A DNA stretch of 59,111 nucleotides, from assembly GCA_050014595.1 (NCBI GenBank), contig JBEKDA010000036.1, forward strand, positions 1 to 59,111, in the 5' to 3' direction. This DNA is from Bryobacteraceae bacterium. Lineage in GTDB: Bacteria > Acidobacteriota > Terriglobia > Bryobacterales > Bryobacteraceae. Below, in pieces: positions 49,508 to 58,910 of this stretch. The position numbers and the translations under genes are program-made. How positions within the stretch are numbered: the first letter of the stretch is position 1; every line of letters begins with the position of its first letter. The notes under the pieces were generated by a model. It was not told the DNA's origin and ran no database searches. It was given only the letters and a program-made list of their open reading frames with translations.

Positions 49508-50037
49508 GCTTGCGCCGCCTGGTCCAATTCTCCGCGCAGCCAGGCGCGCGCCACCGCCCAATCGCGTTTGACGGTCTTCTCGGAAACATTCAGCGCCTCG
49601 GCCGTCTCCGGCACCGAGAGGCCTCCGAAATAACGCAGTTCCACGATCTCGGCCTGGCGCGCATCCACGCCGGCGAGTTTTTGAAGCGCGGTGTCGACCA
49701 CCAGTAAGTCTTCCAGGTTGGCGACGACGACCGCGTCGGCCTCATCCAGATTCACGCGCACTCCGCCCTCGCGCTTCATCGCGGAGCGGCGGCGGGCGTG
49801 GTCCACCAGCACGTGCCGCATGGCGTGGGAGGCGACGCGCAGGTACTGCTGCCGGTCGGTGGACTGCAAGTGCCGGTTGCCTGCCAGCCGCAGGTAGGCC
49901 TCATTCACCAGCGCCGAAGTTTGCAGGGTATGGTCCGGCCGCTCCTGCCGCAAGTAGGAGGAAGCCAGCCTCCTCAACTCGTGGTATACGAGTTCGAACA
50001 ACGCCGACTCGGATGGCAGGCCCGAACCCTCAGTCAT
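49504..50037 (-). CDS. ECF-type RNA polymerase sigma factor (sigma-70 regions 2 and 4)
   Basis: Region 2 (ALFELVYHELRRLASSYLRQER…TSALVNEAYLRL) and region 4 (QAEIVELRYFGGLSVPETAEALNVSEKTVKRDW). Immediately upstream of, and translationally coupled to, the STK. Confidence 0.8.
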   Translation of the reverse strand: MTEGSGLPSESALFELVYHELRRLASSYLRQERPDHTLQTSALVNEAYLRLAGNRHLQSTDRQQYLRVASHAMRHVLVDHARRRSAMKREGGVRVNLDEADAVVVANLEDLLVVDTALQKLAGVDARQAEIVELRYFGGLSVPETAEALNVSEKTVKRDWAVARAWLRGELDQAAQA

Positions 50038-50199
50038 GCGTACTATAATCCGGAATTTCCATATTGGGCTCGCGGGTGCTGCTTAGTATACACCCAGCCA
50101 CCTTCCTTTAATGGGCGAGTTGCATTTTCCCTCCGGGCGGCGTCTTCGCCGTGGTACTCTGTTGCGAATTCAGAGGGACTGGAATACGCTGTGAAGGCT

Positions 50200-51357
50200 A
50201 TGCCATCCAACCGGCGTGAATTCTTCGCGGCGCTCTTCGCCGCCGCCCTAGCCACGAAGCTCGCCCGCAGCGCGGACGATCCCCCCGTCACCATCGCGGG
50301 CAAGCGGCCCATGATTCTGCACAACGACCGGCCGGAGGACCTGGAAACGCCGGTGCGCTATTTCGACTCCTGGATCACCCCCATAGACGCGTTCTTCGTC
50401 CGGCAGCACCTGCCCCGTCCCGCGCCCATCGACACCGAAGCCTACCGCCTCACCGTCAACGGAATGGTCGCGAAGCCGCTCCAATTGACGCTGGCCGATC
50501 TGCGCAAGCTTCCGCAGTACACCGTGCCGGCGACCATCGAGTGCACCGGCAACGGGCGCGCTTTCTATAGTCCCAAACTGCCCGGCATCCAGTGGACGCG
50601 CGGCGCAATCGGCAATGCCGAGTGGCGCGGCCCGCGGGTCAGCGACGTATTGAAAATGGCGGGCGCGGCGGGCACGGCCGCCTACATCGAAACCGACGGG
50701 GCCGACACGGGCCTTGCGGCGACCCCGGATTTCGTGCGCTCCCTGCCGATGAGCAAGGCCCTGCACCCCGCCACCATTCTGGCGTTGACGATGAACGGCC
50801 AGACCCCCGATATCCACGGCTTCCCCGTGCGGCTGATCGTTCCGGGCTGGGATGGCACCAGTTCCGTGAAATGGGTGATTCGCCTGTCGGCCACCGCGCA
50901 GTCCAACGGGGGCTTCTTCATGAATCCCGGCTACCGCTATCCCAAGTTCAACCTGCCGCCGGGTTCGCCGCCCAAACCGGCGGAACTGGAAGTCATCGAA
51001 GGCATGCCCGTGAAATCCTGCATCACGGCGCCCGAGGATCAGACCAAGGCTGCGCCCGGCTCGATCGCCATTCGCGGATTTGCCTGGGCCGGCGAACAGG
51101 CCATCGAGCGCGTGGAAGTTTCCACCGATGGCGGCAGCCGCTGGCGCGACGCGCAACTTTCGACGCCGAAACTGCCCTTCGCGTGGCGGCTCTGGCACAT
51201 CGACTGGCGGCCGGACGACCCCGGGTATTACACGATCCTGTCGCGCGCCACCGATGCCGCCGGGCGTGTGCAGCCGATTGTTTCACCGTGGAACCCGTCC
51301 GGCTATTTATGGAATGCCATCGATCGCGTGGGAGTCACCGTGGAGAAGCCCGCATGA
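50200..51357 (+). CDS. Sulfite-oxidase-family molybdopterin oxidoreductase, Tat-exported (SorA-like sulfite dehydrogenase)
   Basis: Twin-arginine signal MPSNRREFFAALFAAALA. Moco-binding core with the conserved Cys region (TIECTGNGRAF) and the SO-family dimerisation domain. Followed by a cytochrome c gene. The listed 519-aa ORF has a non-credible N-terminal extension. Confidence 0.8.
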   Translation: MPSNRREFFAALFAAALATKLARSADDPPVTIAGKRPMILHNDRPEDLETPVRYFDSWITPIDAFFVRQHLPRPAPIDTEAYRLTVNGMVAKPLQLTLADLRKLPQYTVPATIECTGNGRAFYSPKLPGIQWTRGAIGNAEWRGPRVSDVLKMAGAAGTAAYIETDGADTGLAATPDFVRSLPMSKALHPATILALTMNGQTPDIHGFPVRLIVPGWDGTSSVKWVIRLSATAQSNGGFFMNPGYRYPKFNLPPGSPPKPAELEVIEGMPVKSCITAPEDQTKAAPGSIAIRGFAWAGEQAIERVEVSTDGGSRWRDAQLSTPKLPFAWRLWHIDWRPDDPGYYTILSRATDAAGRVQPIVSPWNPSGYLWNAIDRVGVTVEKPA

Positions 51358-51659
51358 AAGCCCCGATTCTCATTTGTCTTGCCGTGGCGGCAGCGCTGGC
51401 CGCCGACCAGGCCGCGCTCGATCGCGGGCAAAAGGAAGAAAGCCGCAGTTGCCTGCCGTGCCACAGCCTGCGCCTGATTCATTCGCAGCGGCTGTCGAAG
51501 GCCGCATGGAACAAGGAGCTGGACAAGATGACCGGCTGGGGCACGAAAATCCAGGATCGGGATGCCCTGCTGGAGTATCTGCTGGCTAACTACGGAGACG
51601 ACAAGCCCGCTGCGCCGCCAGCGACGTCGGCGGACGGCTCGGCGGCGAAAGCGAAGTAA
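51354..51659 (+). CDS. Mono-haem cytochrome c (SorB-like partner subunit)
   Basis: ATG overlaps the upstream stop (ATGA). Signal peptide MKAPILICLAVAAALAA. Single CxxCH (CLPCH). Confidence 0.7.
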   Translation: MKAPILICLAVAAALAADQAALDRGQKEESRSCLPCHSLRLIHSQRLSKAAWNKELDKMTGWGTKIQDRDALLEYLLANYGDDKPAAPPATSADGSAAKAK

Positions 51660-51778
51660 GCAGCCGCGATCACCTGAAGCGGTGAAAAAACCACGGATCG
51701 CAGGCGGCGCCTGCGCCACCAAAACGGAGCTTGTCTTGGCAGTTGGTGGGGCAGGCGAAGCCGCCTGCCGGGCCGCGT

Positions 51779-53096
51779 TTACACCGGCACCGTCGAACGA
51801 TCCCTGCTCAGCAATTTCCGCTCGATGGCGAAGGCTTCCAACTCGCCGCGGAACTTTGGATCCGCCACCTGGATCAGCGCCTCGGCGCGCTGGCGCAGCG
51901 TCTTGCCGTGCAGGTAGGCTACACCGTGCTCGGTCACCACGTAATGCACGTCGCCGCGCGAGGTGACTACGCCGGCGCCCGGTTGCAGCATCGTCGCGAT
52001 TCGGGAGACCGCGCCGTGCTTCGCGGTGGAAGGCAGCGCGATGATCGGCAAGCCGCCTTGGGCCCGCGCCGCGCCGCGCAGAAAATCCACCTGGCCGCCG
52101 ATGCCGCTGTAGATCGTCTGACCCATGGAGTCGGAGCAGACCTGCCCGGTGAGATCGACTTCGATCGCCGAGTTGATGGCTACCATGCGGTCGTTGCGCG
52201 CGATCACCAGCGGGTCGTTGCAATAGCCCGTCGGGTGAAACTCGAACATCGGATTGTTGTCGATGAAGTCGAACAGCCGCTTGCTGCCCAGCACGAATCC
52301 GGCGATCACTTTGTTGGGATGCAGCGTCTTTCTCTCGCCATTCACCACGCCCGCGCGGATCAGATCGATCGCGCCGTCCGGCACCATCTCGGAATGGATG
52401 CCCAGATCCTTATGGTTCCCCAGCAGCGCCAGCGTGGCTTCGGGGATTCCGCCGATCCCGGTCTGAATGGTGGCGCCGTCCGGGATCAGACCGGCCACGT
52501 TGCGCGCGATGGCGCGGTGCTGCTCGGTCACCTCGTGCTGCGGGTATTCGGAAAGCGGGTGCGACGTTTCGATGAACGCGTCCACGCGGCTGACGTGCAG
52601 GAATGCGTCGCCCAGGGTGCGCGGCATCTGGTCGTTGATCTCCACAATCACGTGGCGCGCGCACTGCGCCACCGCGATGTTCACGTCGATGGACGTCCCC
52701 AGGCTCATAAATCCGTAACTGTCCGGCGGGGCGCACTGCAGCAACGCCACATCGATCGGCAGGGCGCCGGAAGAGAACAGGCCTTCGATTTCGCTCAGGA
52801 AAACGGGCGTGTAATCGCCGCGGCCCTCCTGTATGGCCTGCCGCACGTTGCCGCCGATGAACAGGGCGTTGGTTCGGAAGTGGCCTTCATACTCCGGCAG
52901 GCTGTAATCGGCGATCCCCATGGTGGCCATGTGGATCAACTCGACGTCCTGCAGGCTGGGGCCGCGGCGCGTCAGGGCTTTCACCAGTTCGATGGGCTCG
53001 GAGCAACCGTTGTGGATGTAGACGCGCTGGCCGCTGCGCACCTGGGCGACCGCCTCATCGGCGGAGACAATGCGGGAACGATAGTCGTTGGTCATG
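51779..53096 (-). CDS. Acetyl-CoA hydrolase/transferase family protein (4-hydroxybutyrate/succinyl-CoA:acetate CoA-transferase-like)
   Basis: Starts MTNDYRSRIVSADEAVAQVRSGQRVYIHNGCSEP… and continues through the conserved GIGGIP and SGIGGQVDF motifs typical of the family. The upstream 300 aa of the listed 756-aa ORF are antisense of ald and rejected. Confidence 0.8.
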
Positions 53097-54147
53097 GCCG
53101 CCTCCCGCGCAGCGTGTAGAGGCCGCGTCGCAGGTCGGAACAGGCGTCCACGGCTTCCTCCACGCCGTAGTCGGCGATGGTCAGCACATAGGGCAGCATC
53201 GCCTGGGCGATGGCCACGCTCGAAGAGCGCCCCAGGTCGGCGGTGAAGTTCGGCACGCAGAAATGGGTCACGCCCTTGTAGACGAAGGTGGGTTGCGCCA
53301 GCGTGGTAAGCCGGCTGGTTTCGACGCAGCCGCCTTCGTCGATGGAAACGTCGATGATGGCCGACCCCGGTTGCATGGTCTCGACCATCGCGCGCGTGAC
53401 CACGTGAGGCAAGCGGGTGCCCGCCACCAGCACCGCGCCGATCACCACGTCGGCTCCGGCCACCGCTTCGGTGATGGCGTCCGCGTCCGCCAGGCAGGTC
53501 TCGACTCCGCGCACGTGTTCGATGATGCGGCGCAACTTGCTGGGCGCGACATCGAAGGCCATGACGCGTGCGCCGGCCGCCACGGCGGTGCGCGCCGCGG
53601 CTGAGCCTACCGCGCCCGCGCCCAGCACCATGACGCGCGCCGGCGGCACTCCCGGCGTGCCGCCCAGCAGGATGCCGCGGCCGCCCGAACTCGACCGCAT
53701 CAGGTGCGCGGCGATGGGGACCGTCATCTGGCCGGCGATCTCGCTGATCGCCGCCAGCACCGGCCGCCTGCCGTTCTCCAGTTGGATGATTTCGCTGCCG
53801 ATGGCCGTCAAACTGCGCTCCGCCAGCGCATCCAGCAGGTCCCGGTCGGCCACCGCCATGTGATAGAAGGCCATTACCGCCGTGCCCGGCCGGCAATAGC
53901 GGATTTCTTCCGGCGTGGGCCGCGACACTTTCGTCACCAGGTCGGCGCGGCCGATCACCTCCGCCGGCGAGTACGCAATCTGGGCGCCGGCGCGCATGTA
54001 CGCCGTATCCGGAAACATGGCGCCATCCCCGGCGCAGGACTCCACCCACACTGTGTGACCGGCGCCTGCCAGGCGGCGTACCACCGGCGGCGTGAGAGCC
54101 ACCCTGCGGTCGAACGGACCCCGTTCTCGGACCACCCCGATATTCAT
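53092..54147 (-). CDS. ald: Alanine dehydrogenase
   Basis: MNIGVVRERGPFDRRVALTPPVVRRL…, the NAD Rossmann motif VMVLGAGAVGSAAA, and overall AlaDH/PNT length and pattern. Confidence 0.85.
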   Translation of the reverse strand: MNIGVVRERGPFDRRVALTPPVVRRLAGAGHTVWVESCAGDGAMFPDTAYMRAGAQIAYSPAEVIGRADLVTKVSRPTPEEIRYCRPGTAVMAFYHMAVADRDLLDALAERSLTAIGSEIIQLENGRRPVLAAISEIAGQMTVPIAAHLMRSSSGGRGILLGGTPGVPPARVMVLGAGAVGSAAARTAVAAGARVMAFDVAPSKLRRIIEHVRGVETCLADADAITEAVAGADVVIGAVLVAGTRLPHVVTRAMVETMQPGSAIIDVSIDEGGCVETSRLTTLAQPTFVYKGVTHFCVPNFTADLGRSSSVAIAQAMLPYVLTIADYGVEEAVDACSDLRRGLYTLRGRRP

Positions 54148-54168
54148 CGGCGCTCCTCGCTCAAAAGG

Positions 54169-54642
54169 TTAGTGCCCGGCTCCCACCGGGGTGTATGTGT
54201 CCAGCAACTGCACCCGGATGGAGTGCAGCCGCTCCGCCATCACCGTGAGGATGGCACGCATCAAGGCGAACCCGAACGCATAGTCCTGCTCGCAGGCGTG
54301 GCGGAGGCGCGTGCCATCGAAGGCCAGGGCGTGCACTTCTTCGAGAGCGCGGGCCTGGAACTGCTTGCCCGTGTCGCCGGTGAGCGACGACCATCCGAGG
54401 ACCTCGCCCGACACCAGGGTGGTAACCCGGACCGGCCGGCCCGGCGCAACTACTTCGAGCGCAACGTTCCCGGAAATCAGCAGGTAAAACAAGCTGGAAT
54501 GATCGCCTTCGTGGAAGATCAGTTCCCCGGTTTCGAAATGGACTTCGCTGGCCATCCCGGACAGCCGCGCGATGTGGTCCGGCCAGAATCCCTGGCAGAA
54601 CGGATGCTGCTGCAAAAGGTCGTTCATGATCTCAATGCTCAT
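54169..54642 (-). CDS. Cyclic-nucleotide-binding (cNMP, CAP-effector-like) domain protein without DNA-binding domain
   Basis: FETGELIFHEGDHSSLFYLLISGNVALEV…GEVLGWSSL… is a cNMP-binding beta-roll. Confidence 0.7.
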   Translation of the reverse strand: MSIEIMNDLLQQHPFCQGFWPDHIARLSGMASEVHFETGELIFHEGDHSSLFYLLISGNVALEVVAPGRPVRVTTLVSGEVLGWSSLTGDTGKQFQARALEEVHALAFDGTRLRHACEQDYAFGFALMRAILTVMAERLHSIRVQLLDTYTPVGAGH

Positions 54643-54850
54643 AGCACCTCTCAAAAGTGGTGGCGCAGGCTCCCTACAATTCTATAATCGGACCTTTTAG
54701 GATGAAATGCAAGTAAGGCGGCGCAGCGAGCACGAAGATCGTTAGCAATATGCTTTTCATTGGCGTCGTTTGTGTTTTTATAAGTTCTCCTGGTTTCCCT
54801 ACTGTCCTTTGCGCGCGATCGTCCCATAATGGAACCCGTGCTGTCTGAAT

Positions 54851-55597
54851 TCAGTTCCCTTCCGGCGGCATCTGGTTCTGCTGCGTGTTGGCCGTCAGGT
54901 GTGCCATGTCCGACATCTCGCAGTGCCACTCGCCGGAGGTGTTCTTGTAGCAGTACCCCGTGGCGGTGGGCATATCGTTCGTGCTGCAGTTGTGCGTGCG
55001 GGCATAGGCGTTGTCCCAGGAGGCCGCTTGGCTGCACTGGTATTGCGTGAAACTGCCGTGAATGTCCCATATCGGCTGACTGGGGTCGAGGTCCCCCCCC
55101 AGGATCGACCGGCTTGGCGGGTGAGATGCCGGCGCAACCTGCACCTTCACATTGGTAACCAGGAACAGGTGGCTCGCTAACTCATGCTCCGCATCGCAAA
55201 TGAAGTACTGCCTGGCCTGGTCGGCCGAGGGGGCGCCCTTGGCCGGAGCAGTTCGGGTGGCGCATGTTTTGGGCTCCCGAGTGCCGTACTTCGCTCCCAG
55301 GCCATTACCCTTAGGCTGACGGGCCAGGGCGGCGGTCGTTTCGGCTTCTACTCTCTTATCTTCCGCGGTGGCCGCGCGGGCGCGAATGTATTGCGGACTG
55401 GCGACCACTCTATAGTTGTTTGGGCCGCAGGAGACGCCGTATGCGTTGCCTTGCAGTGGGCTGCTCACCGTGCAGGGAATCCACTTGCCCCCAAACTGGG
55501 AGTCGACGTAGTCGCCGACTTTAAATGGTTGGGCCTGGACCGACTGCGCCACGCCCGTGAACAACACGAAGGTCAATAAAACCACGTTTTTAGTCAT
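54851..55597 (-). CDS. Secreted Cys-rich hypothetical protein
   Basis: Signal peptide MTKNVVLLTFVLFTGVAQSVQA. Many Cys residues. No family recognised. Confidence 0.45.
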   Translation of the reverse strand: MTKNVVLLTFVLFTGVAQSVQAQPFKVGDYVDSQFGGKWIPCTVSSPLQGNAYGVSCGPNNYRVVASPQYIRARAATAEDKRVEAETTAALARQPKGNGLGAKYGTREPKTCATRTAPAKGAPSADQARQYFICDAEHELASHLFLVTNVKVQVAPASHPPSRSILGGDLDPSQPIWDIHGSFTQYQCSQAASWDNAYARTHNCSTNDMPTATGYCYKNTSGEWHCEMSDMAHLTANTQQNQMPPEGN

Positions 55598-55905
55598 GAG
55601 AGTTCCCTTTCTTACTCTGTCATCCCGCCGCCGGCATCCCCGCTCCACAACGACCAATGCCGCCGCGGCGATCGGCGGCACGGTGGAGCTGCTGGAGAGT
55701 CGGCATTCCAAGACCACGGAGGACCGCCGCTTCGGGTCATAGTACTATATTTCCACCCCAAGCCGCCGGCCAAAAAAATGGAGGTCCCACTGTTTTTACC
55801 CTCCGGGCAGAAATACCCGCTGGAAGATGAGTCGTCCGGCGCGGTCCGTTTGTGACAGCGACCGGCGCGTGAGGGCAGACGAAACGATTCTGGTACCCTC
55901 TGTTT

Positions 55906-56096
55906 ATGGCCGGACGGCTGAAGCCGCTGATCTTACTACTGGCTGCCGGGGCACTTTGGGGGCAGCCGGATTTCAAGGCGACCTTGACGGGGTCGGAAAA
56001 GAGCAGATCTGGTCGATGCTCGCGGACGGCACCCACCGCCATCAGTTGACCACGGCCGGCGCCAACAAGACGCCGGTGTGGAGCGTTGGGCGGTAG
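55906..56096 (+). pseudogene. Fragment of a TolB-like/DPP-IV-type beta-propeller protein (signal peptide plus one blade, frameshifted)
   Basis: MAGRLKPLILLLAAGALWGQ (signal-like) in one frame. The +1 frame continues …EQIWSMLADGTHRHQLTTAGANKTPVWS, which matches the TolB blade motif (i..m.adG…..LT….n..P.wSpDG). Confidence 0.25.
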
Positions 56097-56144
56097 AACC
56101 AGCCGCAGTGGTGATAATATGAGGGGCTAATCCAAAGCAGCGTT

Positions 56145-57686
56145 ATGGACCATATCCTCTCGATTGTCCTGTTTGCGCCCCTGGCGGGCATGGCGATTCT
56201 CCTGTGCATTCCCTCGTCGAATGCGCGCGCCATCAAGTGGTGGGCCAACATCGCATCCTTTATCGGATTCCTGATCTCGCTGCCGCTGGTTTTCAATTTC
56301 GACCACACCAAGGATTATCAATTCGTCGAACGAGCCGACTGGATTCCCGCGCTGGGCGCCCATTACCATCTGGGCATCGACGGCTTCGGCTTGCTGCTGG
56401 TGATGCTGACCACGCTGCTCGGCTTCATCAGTATTCTTTCGAGCTGGACCGCCATCAACACGCGGCTCAAGGAATACTACAGCTTCTTCCTGCTGCTCCA
56501 GACCGCCATGCTGGGTGTTTTCATGGCGCTCGATTTCCTGCTGTTCTTCGTGTTTTGGGAAACCGTGCTGGTGCCGATGTACTTCATCATCGCCATCTGG
56601 GGCGGCCCGCGCCGCAGCTACGCCGCCATCAAGTTCATGGTTTATACCTTGATCGGCAGCGTGCTCATGCTGCTCGGCATCCTGACCCTGTACTTCCAGC
56701 ACTATTCGCAGTTCCAGGTTTACAGCTTTGAAATTGCCGACCTGATGCGCACGCAGCTTTCCTCTACCGTCCAATGGTGGGTCTTCTGGGCCTTCTTTAT
56801 GGGCTTCGCCGTCAAGGTGCCGATGTTCCCGTTCCACACCTGGCTGCCCGACGCGCACGTGGAGGCGCCCACCGCCGGGTCGGTCATCCTGGCCAGCGTT
56901 CTGCTGAAAATGGGGACGTACGGATTTCTGCGCTTTTCGGTGCCGCTGCTGCCGGATGCCGCCAAGAATCCCACCATCGTCACGGTCATGGCGGTGCTCT
57001 CGATCATCGGCATCGTTTATGGCGCGCTGGCTTCGCTGATGCAGAAGGATTGGAAGAAACTGGTGGCCTACTCTTCGGTGAGCCACCTGGGCTTCTGCAC
57101 ACTCGGCATTTTCGCGCTCAACCCCGCCGGCATTTCCGGTTCCATCATCCAGCAGATCAACCACGGAATTTCCACCGGCATGCTCTTCCTGGTGGTGGGG
57201 ATCGTATACGAACGGCGCCACACCCGCGAGATCTCCGAATACGGCGGCCTGCTGAAGATCATGCCGATCTTCACGCTGGTCTTCGGCATCGCGGCGCTGA
57301 GTTCCATGGGGATGCCGCCGCTCAACGGCTTCATCGGCGAAATCACGATTTTGCAGGGCGCCTACCAGATGTCCATCAATTGGGCCTTCTGGGGCTGCGT
57401 GGGGATCGCGCTGGGCGCGGCCTACCTGCTGTGGCTTTTCCAGCGGACCATGCTGGGGGACGTGAAAGAAAAGAACAGTTTGCTGAAGGATCTGTCGTGG
57501 CGTGAGATCGCCGTCTTCGCGCCGCTGGTGGTTTGGGTCTTTTGGATCGGCCTGAACCCGCAGCCGTATTTCCGGATTCTGGAAAGGCCGGTGGCGCAGA
57601 TCGTGGAGCGCGTGCACCCCGGCTACTATGCGGAGCGCCATTTGCCGAACCCGCTGGAGCCGGTGCCCACGGCGGCGTTGCGCTAG
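56145..57686 (+). CDS. NuoM/complex I subunit-4-family proton-translocating membrane subunit, not embedded in a nuo operon
   Basis: 14-TM antiporter-like subunit with conserved NuoM segments (WIPALGAHYHLGIDGFG…, FFVFWETVLVPMYFIIAIWGG, HTWLPDAHVEAPTAGSVILA…). Confidence 0.8.
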   Translation: MDHILSIVLFAPLAGMAILLCIPSSNARAIKWWANIASFIGFLISLPLVFNFDHTKDYQFVERADWIPALGAHYHLGIDGFGLLLVMLTTLLGFISILSSWTAINTRLKEYYSFFLLLQTAMLGVFMALDFLLFFVFWETVLVPMYFIIAIWGGPRRSYAAIKFMVYTLIGSVLMLLGILTLYFQHYSQFQVYSFEIADLMRTQLSSTVQWWVFWAFFMGFAVKVPMFPFHTWLPDAHVEAPTAGSVILASVLLKMGTYGFLRFSVPLLPDAAKNPTIVTVMAVLSIIGIVYGALASLMQKDWKKLVAYSSVSHLGFCTLGIFALNPAGISGSIIQQINHGISTGMLFLVVGIVYERRHTREISEYGGLLKIMPIFTLVFGIAALSSMGMPPLNGFIGEITILQGAYQMSINWAFWGCVGIALGAAYLLWLFQRTMLGDVKEKNSLLKDLSWREIAVFAPLVVWVFWIGLNPQPYFRILERPVAQIVERVHPGYYAERHLPNPLEPVPTAALR

Positions 57687-57839
57687 CCCGGAGGGCGGAA
57701 GATATTAGCCCACGGCGTAAGCCGTGCGGAATCGGGGCGTGGCAATACAGAGCCCCGGAACGGGGCGTAAGACCGGGCAATCTCTCTGGCGCCCGACCGC
57801 ACAACCCGGAAGCCTTCGGCAAGGGGCCCCTGCCCGCCG

Positions 57840-58910
57840 ATGTGGTCGCCGCCTGCGACGGCGTGTGGAACAACCTGCGTGGCATCACACCGAAATACAA
57901 CCGTTAAGAAGCCCGGCGCGGGCTTTTCCGGCAAGTGGCTGTTGGCGGCCATCGCGGCCATCGCGCTGGGCGTGGGCGGCGGCGCTTTCTGGCTTCATTG
58001 GAAGAATCGCGCGCCGGCCGCGCCCATCCGCAAGAGCGGCGCGGCGCTGCTCCAGAGCAACGGCGAAGTGACCGTGTCCGGCAAGATCCGCCCGCAGCAC
58101 ATCGCGCCGGTGAAGGCCGGGATGGATGGCGATCTCGATGCCTTCCTGGTGGACGTTGGGCAGGACGTCTTCGAAGGCCAGGTGCTGGCGCGCATCGGCG
58201 CTTCCGGACTCGAGACGGCTCGCGCCGCGGCCGAAGCCGCCGTGAATGCCGCGCAGGACCAGGTGGCTCGCGCCGAGTCCGCCGTGGGCGCGGCGCGTAT
58301 GGAATCTTCCCGCGCCGATGCCGACCAGCAGCGCTCGCGCATGGCCCGCGACCGCGCGCAGCAGGTTTGGGACCGCCAGCAAACGCTCTTCCGCGCCGGC
58401 GCCGTCTCGCGCCAGGCGTATGAAAAGGCGCAACAGGATTTCGAGAACGCACGCCAGGAATCGGAAATCAGGGACAAGGCCGCGCGCGCTTCCAGCGAAC
58501 TGCTCACCTCCTTGCAAAGCTCCCTGAGCGCCGCGCAGAAGGACCTCGCCGAACGCAACCAGGATCTGGAGGCCGCGCAGAACAACATGCAATCGGCCGA
58601 AGTGCGGTCGCCGGTGGATGGGCTGGTGGTCGGGCGCAACGGAGAACCGGGCAAGCCCGCGATAGGAGAGTTATTCGAAATCGCCACCGACATGTTCGCC
58701 CTGGAAGCAGTGCTCGAACCGCCTCCGCTCGTTTTGAACCGCCTGCGGCCCGGCCAGCAGGCGCTGGTCCTCATCCCCGATTTGCAAAGCGCGGGAATGC
58801 CCGGCACGGTCAAGGCGATCAACCGCGGAGAAGTGGTGGTGGAGTTCGAATGCACGCTTCCGGCGGTGAAGCCGGGCATGCTGGCGGATGTGCGATTCAA
58901 GCTGGAGTAA
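57840..58910 (+). CDS. HlyD/membrane-fusion-protein family periplasmic adaptor subunit
   Basis: N-terminal TM (WLLAAIAAIALGVGGGAFWL), a biotin-lipoyl-like segment, a long coiled coil (AQDQVARAESAVGAARMES…QKDLAERNQDLEAAQNN), and a beta-barrel ending …VRFKLE. The exact start is uncertain. Confidence 0.7.
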   Translation: MWSPPATACGTTCVASHRNTTVKKPGAGFSGKWLLAAIAAIALGVGGGAFWLHWKNRAPAAPIRKSGAALLQSNGEVTVSGKIRPQHIAPVKAGMDGDLDAFLVDVGQDVFEGQVLARIGASGLETARAAAEAAVNAAQDQVARAESAVGAARMESSRADADQQRSRMARDRAQQVWDRQQTLFRAGAVSRQAYEKAQQDFENARQESEIRDKAARASSELLTSLQSSLSAAQKDLAERNQDLEAAQNNMQSAEVRSPVDGLVVGRNGEPGKPAIGELFEIATDMFALEAVLEPPPLVLNRLRPGQQALVLIPDLQSAGMPGTVKAINRGEVVVEFECTLPAVKPGMLADVRFKLE

